A stretch of DNA of 64,000 bases from a virus, in IMG/VR virus record IMGVR_UViG_3300021197_001350, positions 1-64,000 of that record. The stretch is one strand, 5' to 3'. Under the pieces are notes generated by a model that saw only the letters and a program-made list of their open reading frames with translations, did no database searches and was not told where the DNA came from. Every line of letters starts with the position of its first letter. Positions within the stretch are counted from its first letter, which is position 1. Shown one piece after another: positions 56,419 through 64,000 of the stretch. Both the position numbers and the translations under genes were made by a program.

Positions 56419-56685
56419 ATGGATGATAGCAGGCTCACCAGTGCAGAAGAAAAAGCATTAGATATTATGCTCACAGCAGAGCGTAACTTTTATATGCAGT
56501 TCATTAAGAGTAAGAGTGGTGCATTCTGCAACACGGAGTATGAACTTGATGGCGAGTATATCAATGTGAAGATAACACATGGTGTACAGAATGATGCGGA
56601 AGACACGAAGGATGTAGTCTGTGATAGGTTAGTGCGATCCACAATGAAGTGGGATAATGAAAACGGAGAACAAGGAGGATATTAA
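56419..56685 (+). CDS. Hypothetical protein
   Basis: AAAGGA SD; ORF track. Confidence 0.7.
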   Translation: MDDSRLTSAEEKALDIMLTAERNFYMQFIKSKSGAFCNTEYELDGEYINVKITHGVQNDAEDTKDVVCDRLVRSTMKWDNENGEQGGY

Positions 56686-56686
56686 T

Positions 56687-56767
56687 ATGAGTATCGATGG
56701 ATTGATTGTCTATGGTTGCTTTGCAATCGGATGGCTAGCAGTGGTCATTGATATGTTTACACAATGA
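56687..56767 (+). CDS. 26-aa single-TM peptide MSIDGLIVYGCFAIGWLAVVIDMFTQ
   Basis: Hand translation; AAGGAGG SD; ATGA overlap with next gene. Confidence 0.65.
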   Translation: MSIDGLIVYGCFAIGWLAVVIDMFTQ

Positions 56768-57033
56768 AACTACATAGAGATTTAAGTAAGGACGAAGAGC
56801 CAGAGTTCAGGCAATGGGCAAGGGACAACTTCAAGTTCTTTAATACGAACGATTACAAGAAGCATATCGGTTCAACATGGCATCCTGCAGTGCAGGATGA
56901 GTGTGAAAAGATGAGGCTTGAGTACAAGATGGGACTGAAGATGCGACTAGCAGGTGTACCATCTAAGGATGTTGAGTCACATATTCGTGCCATGAGGCAG
57001 GGATACGAGGTAATGAATAACACTATAGTATAA
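56764..57033 (+). CDS. Hypothetical protein (EFRQWARDN...WHPAVQDEC motif)
   Basis: ORF track; coupled overlaps. Confidence 0.7.
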   Translation: MKLHRDLSKDEEPEFRQWARDNFKFFNTNDYKKHIGSTWHPAVQDECEKMRLEYKMGLKMRLAGVPSKDVESHIRAMRQGYEVMNNTIV

Positions 57034-57284
57034 TGGAATTAAGTTTTAATAACAACATGACACCAGGGCAGAACTTTCTGCGTATGGCTGTCGAATTACA
57101 GGAGGAAAAGAAAGTGGAGAGACGATATACAAATCTGCTACTCGATCTAGTTCAAGATGGCTCACTAGATAAGGATCATGTCATCAATGCATTCATTAAG
57201 TATATGTCAGAGGATGATGTGCAGGACATGATGGAGTATAACGAATTCATTGAGCCTGATCAACTAGATAAGGAGGTAGAATAG
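57033..57284 (+). CDS. Hypothetical protein (KYMSEDDVQDM motif)
   Basis: ORF track; TAATG overlap. Confidence 0.7.
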   Translation: MELSFNNNMTPGQNFLRMAVELQEEKKVERRYTNLLLDLVQDGSLDKDHVINAFIKYMSEDDVQDMMEYNEFIEPDQLDKEVE

Positions 57285-57286
57285 AT

Positions 57287-57658
57287 ATGGGGTTAGATCA
57301 ATTTGCATATGCAAAGAAGGGTGACGAGAAGCTAGACATTATGACATGGCGTAAGCATCCTAACTTGCAAGGTTACATGGAGGAATTGTGGGAGTCAAAG
57401 GATAGACCACTACCTGAAGACTCAGAGATTGACGAGGGTAATATTATGGGTGACTTCAATTGCATACCTGTGTCCCTCACTATGGAGGACATTGAGGAAC
57501 TTGAAAGCTGTATGAAAGATGACAAGCTACCTCATACTAGTGGGTTTTTCTTTGGTGAGTCAGCGGATTGGCACAAGGAGAGTGATGAAGAGTTTATAAT
57601 CCTAGCCAAGAAGTATCTGCTTGATGGGTATGAAGTATATTATGACAGCTGGTGGTAA
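57287..57658 (+). CDS. Conserved phage protein (MGLDQ..WRKHPNLQGYM..GFFFG..YYDSWW family)
   Basis: Recognisable widespread phage hypothetical-family motif; AAGGAGG SD. Confidence 0.8.
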   Translation: MGLDQFAYAKKGDEKLDIMTWRKHPNLQGYMEELWESKDRPLPEDSEIDEGNIMGDFNCIPVSLTMEDIEELESCMKDDKLPHTSGFFFGESADWHKESDEEFIILAKKYLLDGYEVYYDSWW

Positions 57659-57664
57659 GTATTT

Positions 57665-57829
57665 ATGTGGGTCAAAGTTGAGCAAGGAAACTTCTCCAAT
57701 TGGTACGATGTTCGTGTCAATGGGGAGCTTATTAACAACGCAAAATCTAAAGCTGAAGCTGACAAGATAGCCGAAGTTATTAGAAGTAAATCAAAAACAA
57801 GGAGGAGATATGGCAAAGTGGTCAGATAG
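57665..57829 (+). CDS. 54-aa hypothetical protein (MWVKVEQGNFSNWYDVRVNG...)
   Basis: Hand translation; fills the gap in the operon. Confidence 0.55.
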   Translation: MWVKVEQGNFSNWYDVRVNGELINNAKSKAEADKIAEVIRSKSKTRRRYGKVVR

Positions 57830-58040
57830 TTATCACAATGGAGTAGTCGATGGTGCAACAGCTATCACTAGTCTGATTGATGGTATGGTGCTAGGAAGTA
57901 TGTCGGCGCGGGATCGTGGTGGTGATCAGTGGAGATACAAACTAATAAGAACAATGGAGATAAGCATACTGCTTGAACTTAAGGAGAAGATTAAACCACA
58001 CTTAGTAAAGGAGGAATTAGGATATGGCAAAGAGGGGTAA
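57810..58040 (+). CDS. Hypothetical protein
   Basis: AAGGAGG SD; ORF track. Confidence 0.7.
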   Translation: MAKWSDSYHNGVVDGATAITSLIDGMVLGSMSARDRGGDQWRYKLIRTMEISILLELKEKIKPHLVKEELGYGKEG

Positions 58041-58356
58041 AGCGAAAGAGGATAAGCGATTTAATGAGGGGTTTCAGAGTGGGCTAGAGTTTGGTAAGTC
58101 AAGGGCATTCTATTTGCTAAGGCAAATCAAGGAAGGCTTTGATGATGCCATCAATGATGCCACTATGTGGGACGATATGAGTGATGGTAAGGCAAAGAAG
58201 GCAACAGCTATGGTGCAAAGGGAGACGGCAGTGTTCATTACTACATACTTCCTAGACATATGGGATGATAATGGTGAGGAAGAGAAGATGCCTGACCAAA
58301 ATTCAGCACCAAATATAGTACCATTTAAGGAGGAATCTACCGATGATGACACCTGA
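58024..58356 (+). CDS. Hypothetical protein
   Basis: AGGAGG upstream; ORF track. Confidence 0.7.
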   Translation: MAKRGKAKEDKRFNEGFQSGLEFGKSRAFYLLRQIKEGFDDAINDATMWDDMSDGKAKKATAMVQRETAVFITTYFLDIWDDNGEEEKMPDQNSAPNIVPFKEESTDDDT

Positions 58357-58561
58357 TATTGAGACCGAAGATTACTTTGGTATGTCACCGCAAGCAGTGC
58401 AAGAGATAATGCACAAGGAACACAAGTCACTGATAGATGCTAGGAATTACGCACAAGAGATGATGAAGGAAGCAGAAGGTGAGGACTGGTCTTACAAAGC
58501 ATTTCATTATCTTGGTGCGGTATCAATATTAATAAGAGCAATAGATGAACAGGTTAAATAA
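58343..58561 (+). CDS. Hypothetical protein
   Basis: AAGGAGG SD; ORF track. Confidence 0.7.
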   Translation: MMTPDIETEDYFGMSPQAVQEIMHKEHKSLIDARNYAQEMMKEAEGEDWSYKAFHYLGAVSILIRAIDEQVK

Positions 58562-59066
58562 TCAAACACTATTCGATATGGATGAATACACAGAGAAGGA
58601 TCGTGTCGCTTCTGTAGCTAGGAGATTGTACTCCGAGTATAAAGATGTAAGACGACCCGATAGAACTAGGCTATGGAAAACTTACACTGCTATGCAGAGT
58701 GTACTTAGTGTAGCCATAAGAGAGAACGCTATCCCTTTCTTTAGTAAAGGTAGGGCTAAGTATTGTAAGGACAATGATGCTAGAAGATTCCTAGATGAGT
58801 ATATCGATACAAGGATACACTCTAATGGTAACACTAGATCACCTATTGAGGAGATAGAAGTAGCGAAGCCAAGTAAGGTAAGATTTAATATTATCCAAAG
58901 GCTATTAGGGATTAACAAAATTGTTGGCTCAATCAATCACTTGGTTGATGTTCAACTCAGAATGCTGGAGCAAACCAATGAGCTTAATGAAGTATGGAAA
59001 CCATCCTCTAGAAGCAACACTTCCAATGGATCAACTGTTGGAGCTGATGCGCAAGGAGGCAATTGA
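58545..59066 (+). CDS. Hypothetical protein, possible excisionase-like winged-helix segment
   Basis: AIRENAIPFFSKGRAKYCKDNDARRFL resembles the helix-wing-helix of Xis-like domains. Confidence 0.55.
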   Translation: MNRLNNQTLFDMDEYTEKDRVASVARRLYSEYKDVRRPDRTRLWKTYTAMQSVLSVAIRENAIPFFSKGRAKYCKDNDARRFLDEYIDTRIHSNGNTRSPIEEIEVAKPSKVRFNIIQRLLGINKIVGSINHLVDVQLRMLEQTNELNEVWKPSSRSNTSNGSTVGADAQGGN

Positions 59067-59071
59067 GATAG

Positions 59072-59284
59072 ATGCGTGGAGATTACGAGGGCAAGGTGGT
59101 GTTAGCGAAGCAGGTCTTCAAGAGGTTCTTGAAGGATGTGAAGTTGCACCCCGAGTTAGTACCTCGATTGACTCAGGTAGCTATGGACATGAACAAACAG
59201 GGTAATGGCAGGAGTATACTTGTCATACATGATAACGATAACAAGAAAACGGAGGTATATATAGATGGCGAAACTACTAGTTAA
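59072..59284 (+). CDS. Hypothetical protein
   Basis: ORF track; operon context. Confidence 0.6.
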   Translation: MRGDYEGKVVLAKQVFKRFLKDVKLHPELVPRLTQVAMDMNKQGNGRSILVIHDNDNKKTEVYIDGETTS

Positions 59285-60704
59285 AGAATTTGTAGATTGT
59301 GCGAGAGCATTAGGTCTAGCAAGTGCATCAATTAAGTCAGCGTTCAGTAAGTTTCTTGGTGAAGCAGGGTACGAATCACTTAATGATTACAAGGCGAGAG
59401 CAAGTGAGGTAAAGCAAGCTGAGAACTTTAAGCTTTGGACTGCATTACTTACAGAGAATATGAGTGTGTTCAAGTGGGCTACTGATAGCGGTGATATCAT
59501 TGATGACTTCGGTAGTGGTAAGAAGTCCAGGATTGCTGAAGTCCTAGATGAGGAAGATGAAGAAGGTTTCCCAACGCCCCACCCTATGGAGGAAGAGGTT
59601 ACTATCGGAGATCTTACGGAGGACAATGAGTTGCAATTGCCTATGACAAATAAGGAGGAGAAGTTTGACAAGCTCTTAGATGTACTAGGTAACATAGGTA
59701 AAGAGGGACAGAAGCAGGCGGTGTATGATGATGCATTGGTTGAGCGTGTTGATGAGGCGTGTGAAGTAACGCATCAGAATACCAAGGTTGTTAATCGTAT
59801 GGTGACGCAACTTGCTACACATATAGCTGATGAGAACTTGCACAAAGGTGGTGCAGTTCCATCGTTTAAGTTGCAGTTCGCTGAAGCACCCGAAATACAG
59901 CACGAAGCACCGCTTCACTACAAGTTTCCACTTGTTGCAGCTGCTGTAGCCAACAGGATACCAACCATGATCGTTGGCCCAGCAGGTTGGGGTAAGACTT
60001 CAACCATCAAGGCGTTGGCTGAGGTGATGAAGCAATCATGGTATAACGGCAAGCAGGATGTCGAGTATATCATTCAATCTATCGGCCCACAGACATCGAA
60101 GGCTGATATACTTGGGTACATGGATGCCAATGGTAAGTATGTCGAGAGTCAGTTTCGCAAATGCTTTGAGCATGGACTGATCTATGCTTGTGATGAGGCA
60201 GATGCAGGCAGTGCAGGTTCATTGACCCTGCTTAATCAAGGCTTTGCTAATGAAGAGTGTAGCTTTCCTGACAATGGTATGGTTCAGAGAAGCAAGGACT
60301 TTGTTCCTTTGTTTCTTGCCAACACTTATGGTCAAGGTGCTAACGCTACTTATGTAGGTAGGAATCAGTTGGATGCAGCTACCCTAGACAGATTCGCAGT
60401 TGTTGAATACGACTACGATGAGGCATGGGAGGGTAGGATCTGCGGAGTAGACAGAGAAGGTAACCAACTAAAGATGGAGGCAGGTGGTAAACGCACCAAA
60501 GAAGAGTGGGTTGATTATGTGTGCCGTGTTCGTGCCGCTGTTGATTCGCTTGCTGTTCGATGTGTTGTATCACCGAGAGCATCCATCAATGGTATCAAAC
60601 TATTGGAGGCAGGAGTAGGGTTTACTCATGTCAGTAATATGTGTGTGTGGAAGGGTATGGACTCTGCCACTCGTGCAAAAATCACTAACGAAATGGATAA
60701 TTAA
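59265..60704 (+). CDS. AAA+ ATPase, MoxR/CbbQ/CobS-like
   Basis: GPAGWGKT, CDEAD, ANTYGQGA..YVGRNQLDAATLDRF, VSPRA. Confidence 0.92.
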   Translation: MAKLLVKEFVDCARALGLASASIKSAFSKFLGEAGYESLNDYKARASEVKQAENFKLWTALLTENMSVFKWATDSGDIIDDFGSGKKSRIAEVLDEEDEEGFPTPHPMEEEVTIGDLTEDNELQLPMTNKEEKFDKLLDVLGNIGKEGQKQAVYDDALVERVDEACEVTHQNTKVVNRMVTQLATHIADENLHKGGAVPSFKLQFAEAPEIQHEAPLHYKFPLVAAAVANRIPTMIVGPAGWGKTSTIKALAEVMKQSWYNGKQDVEYIIQSIGPQTSKADILGYMDANGKYVESQFRKCFEHGLIYACDEADAGSAGSLTLLNQGFANEECSFPDNGMVQRSKDFVPLFLANTYGQGANATYVGRNQLDAATLDRFAVVEYDYDEAWEGRICGVDREGNQLKMEAGGKRTKEEWVDYVCRVRAAVDSLAVRCVVSPRASINGIKLLEAGVGFTHVSNMCVWKGMDSATRAKITNEMDN

Positions 60705-60705
60705 T

Positions 60706-61353
60706 ATGGGAGTTAAAGGAAGACCAAAGAAAAAGACTAAGTATTTTACATACAGAGTCAGTTATGATGTCACTGCACAAGCAGAAGGCACAGTATATGT
60801 AACGCTAAGCGATGATGATATTGATGTGGTGGACGGCAAGCCTGTCGCCACAGATATAATGCCCACAATGAAGGAGATCATTGAGCAGAACGCTGAAGGT
60901 GATCAGAAGATATGTATAGACAATCCGTATGGTGGTATATCATATCACGAAGTTGAGGATGGTAACATCACGCCAGACTATGAGGATTCACAGGATGAGT
61001 GGACTTACTATCCATCCAATGTGGAGATTAAGGACTTCGAGCCTGTTACTGACAGGATAGAACGAAGGACGCAATCAGATCCATTCGTAACTAGGATGGA
61101 AATATATCACCCACTGAATCACAAGCTAGATGATTCAGCAGCCTATACAATTAAGGTAGGCAAGCATACAGTGAGGATATGGGCTGAGCCTAATCAACAT
61201 ACAAGGACTGAGATCGAGGGATCAGGTCTGAACTCAAGCGTAGTTAATAACATAATAGATAGTATAGCAGATGGGGACTTCAAGTTCCCAGGCTTTGAAG
61301 GTGAACACACAGATACAGATAACATAAGGAGATTATATAATGGCATTCTATAA
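60706..61353 (+). CDS. Hypothetical protein between the ATPase and its vWA-like partner
   Basis: Start revised to ATG 60706, just after the ATPase stop; N-terminal KGRPKKK. Confidence 0.65.
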   Translation: MGVKGRPKKKTKYFTYRVSYDVTAQAEGTVYVTLSDDDIDVVDGKPVATDIMPTMKEIIEQNAEGDQKICIDNPYGGISYHEVEDGNITPDYEDSQDEWTYYPSNVEIKDFEPVTDRIERRTQSDPFVTRMEIYHPLNHKLDDSAAYTIKVGKHTVRIWAEPNQHTRTEIEGSGLNSSVVNNIIDSIADGDFKFPGFEGEHTDTDNIRRLYNGIL

Positions 61354-62260
61354 AGCAGGACATGAAACTTGTAGACGAGAGCTTGAGGATATCAAGCGTG
61401 GTGATACTGAATACACCTTAGTTCGTAGGCATAGTAAAAACTTCAACGACTTCCTTACATTCTGTAAGGATCAACCCGATCTATGTACATACTTCGAGAG
61501 CAGGAAGGAAGATAGATCTAGTAGGAGAGAGGAGGATGATGATGATAGTTGGACAGGTACACCAAACTATGCCAAGTGTCAGGAACTAGCAGAGAACGGA
61601 TGGTCAGATGGTCTTAGGTATGTCGAGGAAGTTCGTGAGAAGATGAGCCGAATCGTTGCATCCAAGATCAAGGCATTCCATCCTAGGCTTGCTGATGCAG
61701 GTGACGAGATTGACATCGGTGCATTCGTAGAGGGTGACCCCGAACATTGGATTGAGTTCCATGAGATAGATAAGGATGGGCCAGGTGGTAAGATTGTGCG
61801 AGTGCTTGTTAATGTTGCAGTGTCATGTAGTGTTGATAAGAAATACTTCATCCATCGTGGTGCTGCTGTTGTTGGATTGATGGAGGCACTGCAGAACTGC
61901 GGTTACTCTGTCGAGCTAACGCTTCTGTCTACTACAGAGCATGGCAATCACATACACCAATATGAAATACCAGTGAAGCGACCAGACGAACACCTTGATG
62001 GTGACCGCTGTTCATTCATGGTGATTCATCCATCTATACTCAGACGCTTAGTGTTCTCTGCGAAAGAGCAAGAGGAGACTGATGATTACACATCGGGCTA
62101 TGGTATACCGACCGAGATTGTAGGTGCTACCGATAAGGACTTCGTGTTCGACAGGATGCATGGTGGTGATGACTTCGAGCCATTCGAGTCTGTCGAAAGC
62201 TCAGCTGACTATATGCTTAAGATGCTTGTCGATAGAGGATTGGTATCGGTGGAAGAATGA
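61340..62260 (+). CDS. vWA-like partner of the AAA+ ATPase (degenerate MIDAS)
   Basis: VRVLVNVAVSCSV..RGAAV..L...L...GYSVEL..HPSILRRLVF; usual neighbour of phage MoxR-type ATPases. Confidence 0.7.
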   Translation: MAFYKAGHETCRRELEDIKRGDTEYTLVRRHSKNFNDFLTFCKDQPDLCTYFESRKEDRSSRREEDDDDSWTGTPNYAKCQELAENGWSDGLRYVEEVREKMSRIVASKIKAFHPRLADAGDEIDIGAFVEGDPEHWIEFHEIDKDGPGGKIVRVLVNVAVSCSVDKKYFIHRGAAVVGLMEALQNCGYSVELTLLSTTEHGNHIHQYEIPVKRPDEHLDGDRCSFMVIHPSILRRLVFSAKEQEETDDYTSGYGIPTEIVGATDKDFVFDRMHGGDDFEPFESVESSADYMLKMLVDRGLVSVEE

Positions 62261-62472
62261 GAAACCTATTAATGAAAGTGTTTGGTAGTATATTGTTTGC
62301 TTGGTTCTTAAGGCTGGGCAAACTTTTCTACAACACGATAGCGATAAGAAGTGATGTGAGTGCGGCACACTTCGCCCATAGTGATTGGGATATGTACCAC
62401 TCAATGGAAGAGTACATCAGTGATGATGACTTCATAACAAACGAAAAACAAAAACCAAAAACAAATGATTGA
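62257..62472 (+). CDS. Hypothetical protein with hydrophobic N-terminus
   Basis: ATGA overlap; ORF track. Confidence 0.55.
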   Translation: MRNLLMKVFGSILFAWFLRLGKLFYNTIAIRSDVSAAHFAHSDWDMYHSMEEYISDDDFITNEKQKPKTND

Positions 62473-63088
62473 TTTAAGTGACTTACAAGGTGGCGGTGGT
62501 AAAAAACCTGCCAAGAAGAAACAAGACAAACCCTTACTTAATGGTGTGACCGCCGATGTGGTGGACATATTCTGCCAAGGTAATGGTATAAAGAAAGAGG
62601 GTGAAGCATTAAAGAAGCAACCCGAAGCAGAGATTAAGGAAGCATACCTCGATGAATTATTCCATAGGAATGCAGGGGTAGCTGAAGCAGCCAAAACATT
62701 CCAAGCTTCTGGATCTGCACCTCAAGATAGAGTTACTGTATATCACAGCTCAGCTTGGGCGAGGGCAGTATTACAGGATGGCACTGAGGCAGACCCGAAG
62801 GGTGAAGCAAAGCTCAGGGCATTGAAGGATATAACCGACAAGAAATTCAACAAGTGTTTCGAGGAGCATTTGGAAATCAAGATGGACACAGGTGAAGTAC
62901 CCAAAGGTCTTCGCGATGAGTTCATTCTAGATATGATTGCTGTACTTAATAAGTATAACCAAGCACATACTCTCCGAAAGATACTGAAACTGACACCTGC
63001 ATTTGAGGCAGGGAGGTATGAGTTGCTTAGCCCATCTCAAAACCTGCAAGTCAATCAGCATATGCCAATCAGCGTTATCTGCAAATGA
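62465..63088 (+). CDS. Hypothetical protein
   Basis: ORF track; operon overlaps. Confidence 0.7.
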   Translation: MIDLSDLQGGGGKKPAKKKQDKPLLNGVTADVVDIFCQGNGIKKEGEALKKQPEAEIKEAYLDELFHRNAGVAEAAKTFQASGSAPQDRVTVYHSSAWARAVLQDGTEADPKGEAKLRALKDITDKKFNKCFEEHLEIKMDTGEVPKGLRDEFILDMIAVLNKYNQAHTLRKILKLTPAFEAGRYELLSPSQNLQVNQHMPISVICK

Positions 63089-63372
63089 GTATATACGAAG
63101 GAGTAATGGACTGCTATGGTGTCGAGTCATTCGTACCAAAAGAAAAAGCAGATGGGTTTCTAAAGATCAGAGCAATGGCAAACGCACAGCGTCATGCCTT
63201 ATTCTATCAGGTGGATCTGACTGATGACGAGAAGAAGCAGGTTGATGAATACCTTGCCGACCAAGATTGGGAGAAGGCTTGTGTGTATATAAAGAACAAG
63301 CAGACCTTTGTTAATCATGGGCCAGGCAAAGATAAACTAATACCTAACAAAGAACTAGACCCTTGGGGATAA
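63085..63372 (+). CDS. Hypothetical protein
   Basis: ATGA overlap; ORF track. Confidence 0.7.
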   Translation: MSIYEGVMDCYGVESFVPKEKADGFLKIRAMANAQRHALFYQVDLTDDEKKQVDEYLADQDWEKACVYIKNKQTFVNHGPGKDKLIPNKELDPWG

Positions 63373-63377
63373 CAGCT

Positions 63378-63752
63378 ATGTCATTTGAACACGCATTTGA
63401 ACACCTTGAGGTGGAGCATAACAATAAATACTATTCAGTGTTTGGTTGCTTGGAGATTGAACCCGAAGACAATTCATTCTCGTATGATTATGGAGAGCAG
63501 ACCAACCTAACACATGATCCTGGCACAAGCTTTGACATAGAGAATGTTGTCATTGATTGCATCAAGGATGAAGATGATAAAGATATTGAACTAACCAAAG
63601 GTACACTGCTAGATTTTGCGGATATCATAAAGGATTGGTTCAATGAAAACGGATACGATTCACTGATGGCTACTCTTAATAGCCACATTGAATCAGCGAA
63701 AGAAGAAGCAGCAATTGCTAGATATGAATCACAAATGGAGGACGACAGATGA
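63378..63752 (+). CDS. Acidic hypothetical protein
   Basis: Start revised to ATG 63378. Confidence 0.65.
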   Translation: MSFEHAFEHLEVEHNNKYYSVFGCLEIEPEDNSFSYDYGEQTNLTHDPGTSFDIENVVIDCIKDEDDKDIELTKGTLLDFADIIKDWFNENGYDSLMATLNSHIESAKEEAAIARYESQMEDDR

Positions 63753-64000
63753 TAACAGAACTATCTAAGATACGAGGAATTATCCCACCATCATACCCTG
63801 CACGACCACATAAAGGTGGCGTGCCTTTGGGTGTTGCATGGAAACAAATGAACCACAAAGAGATTGTGTATACACCAAAGTATAATGGTTGGCGTGTGCT
63901 ACTTAATGTACCGACAGGTGTGTGCTACAATCGGAAGCTTGAGCTACTAACAATAGGTGATGAGTTCAAGGAAGCTATATACAAGATACAGAAATGTTGC
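63749..64000 (+). CDS. ATP-dependent ligase / nucleotidyltransferase-like protein, truncated by window edge
   Basis: Hand translation MITELSK...VYTPKYNGWRVLL...CYNRK; motif I KxNGxR plus downstream NR; GGAGG SD; not in track. Confidence 0.7.
   Translation, partial: MITELSKIRGIIPPSYPARPHKGGVPLGVAWKQMNHKEIVYTPKYNGWRVLLNVPTGVCYNRKLELLTIGDEFKEAIYKIQKCC

Noticed and set aside
47073-63688. Minus-strand short ORFs opposite the replication and early genes, including 54295..54525, 54858..55061 and 55058..55255
   Set aside because: Antisense shadows or chance ORFs in the structured region; no start signals or recognisable motifs

Overview
A 64-kb segment of a tailed dsDNA phage with podovirus-like organisation. 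No cellular housekeeping genes are present, and the genome continues past both edges. Repeated Ca-binding DxDxDG and Cys-rich motifs suggest an aquatic or marine phage (inference). There are three blocks. (1) A minus-strand packaging and virion block (~46.4 kb to the left edge): HTH/terS, terL, portal, scaffold, a 652-aa major capsid protein, a 949-aa basic low-complexity protein, a missed holin-like ORF, adaptor, tail proteins, two internal proteins, a 5,658-aa polyvalent-type protein and small membrane/lysis-like genes. (2) A plus-strand recombination/replication operon (46.5-51.3 kb): RHH regulator, Sak-like annealase, Cas4-like nuclease, RusA, initiator, DnaB and SSB, met by a short convergent minus-strand unit with two PD-(D/E)xK nucleases. 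(3) A plus-strand early-type region from ~52.9 kb: small genes with strong SD sequences, an AAA+/vWA-like pair and a truncated ATP-dependent ligase-like gene. The most unusual signals: a RusA resolvase whose N- and C-terminal halves lie in two almost fully overlapping frames, both coupled to one stop codon; ~1.45 kb of densely base-paired non-coding sequence (two candidate large ncRNAs flanking an ArfA-like micro-ORF); two covarying H-type pseudoknots, each exactly 8 nt after a stop codon; and an ART-like domain in the giant protein apparently interrupted by ~1,400 aa of inserts that include a HipA/PI3K-like kinase. All calls come from reading motifs by eye; no searches were run.
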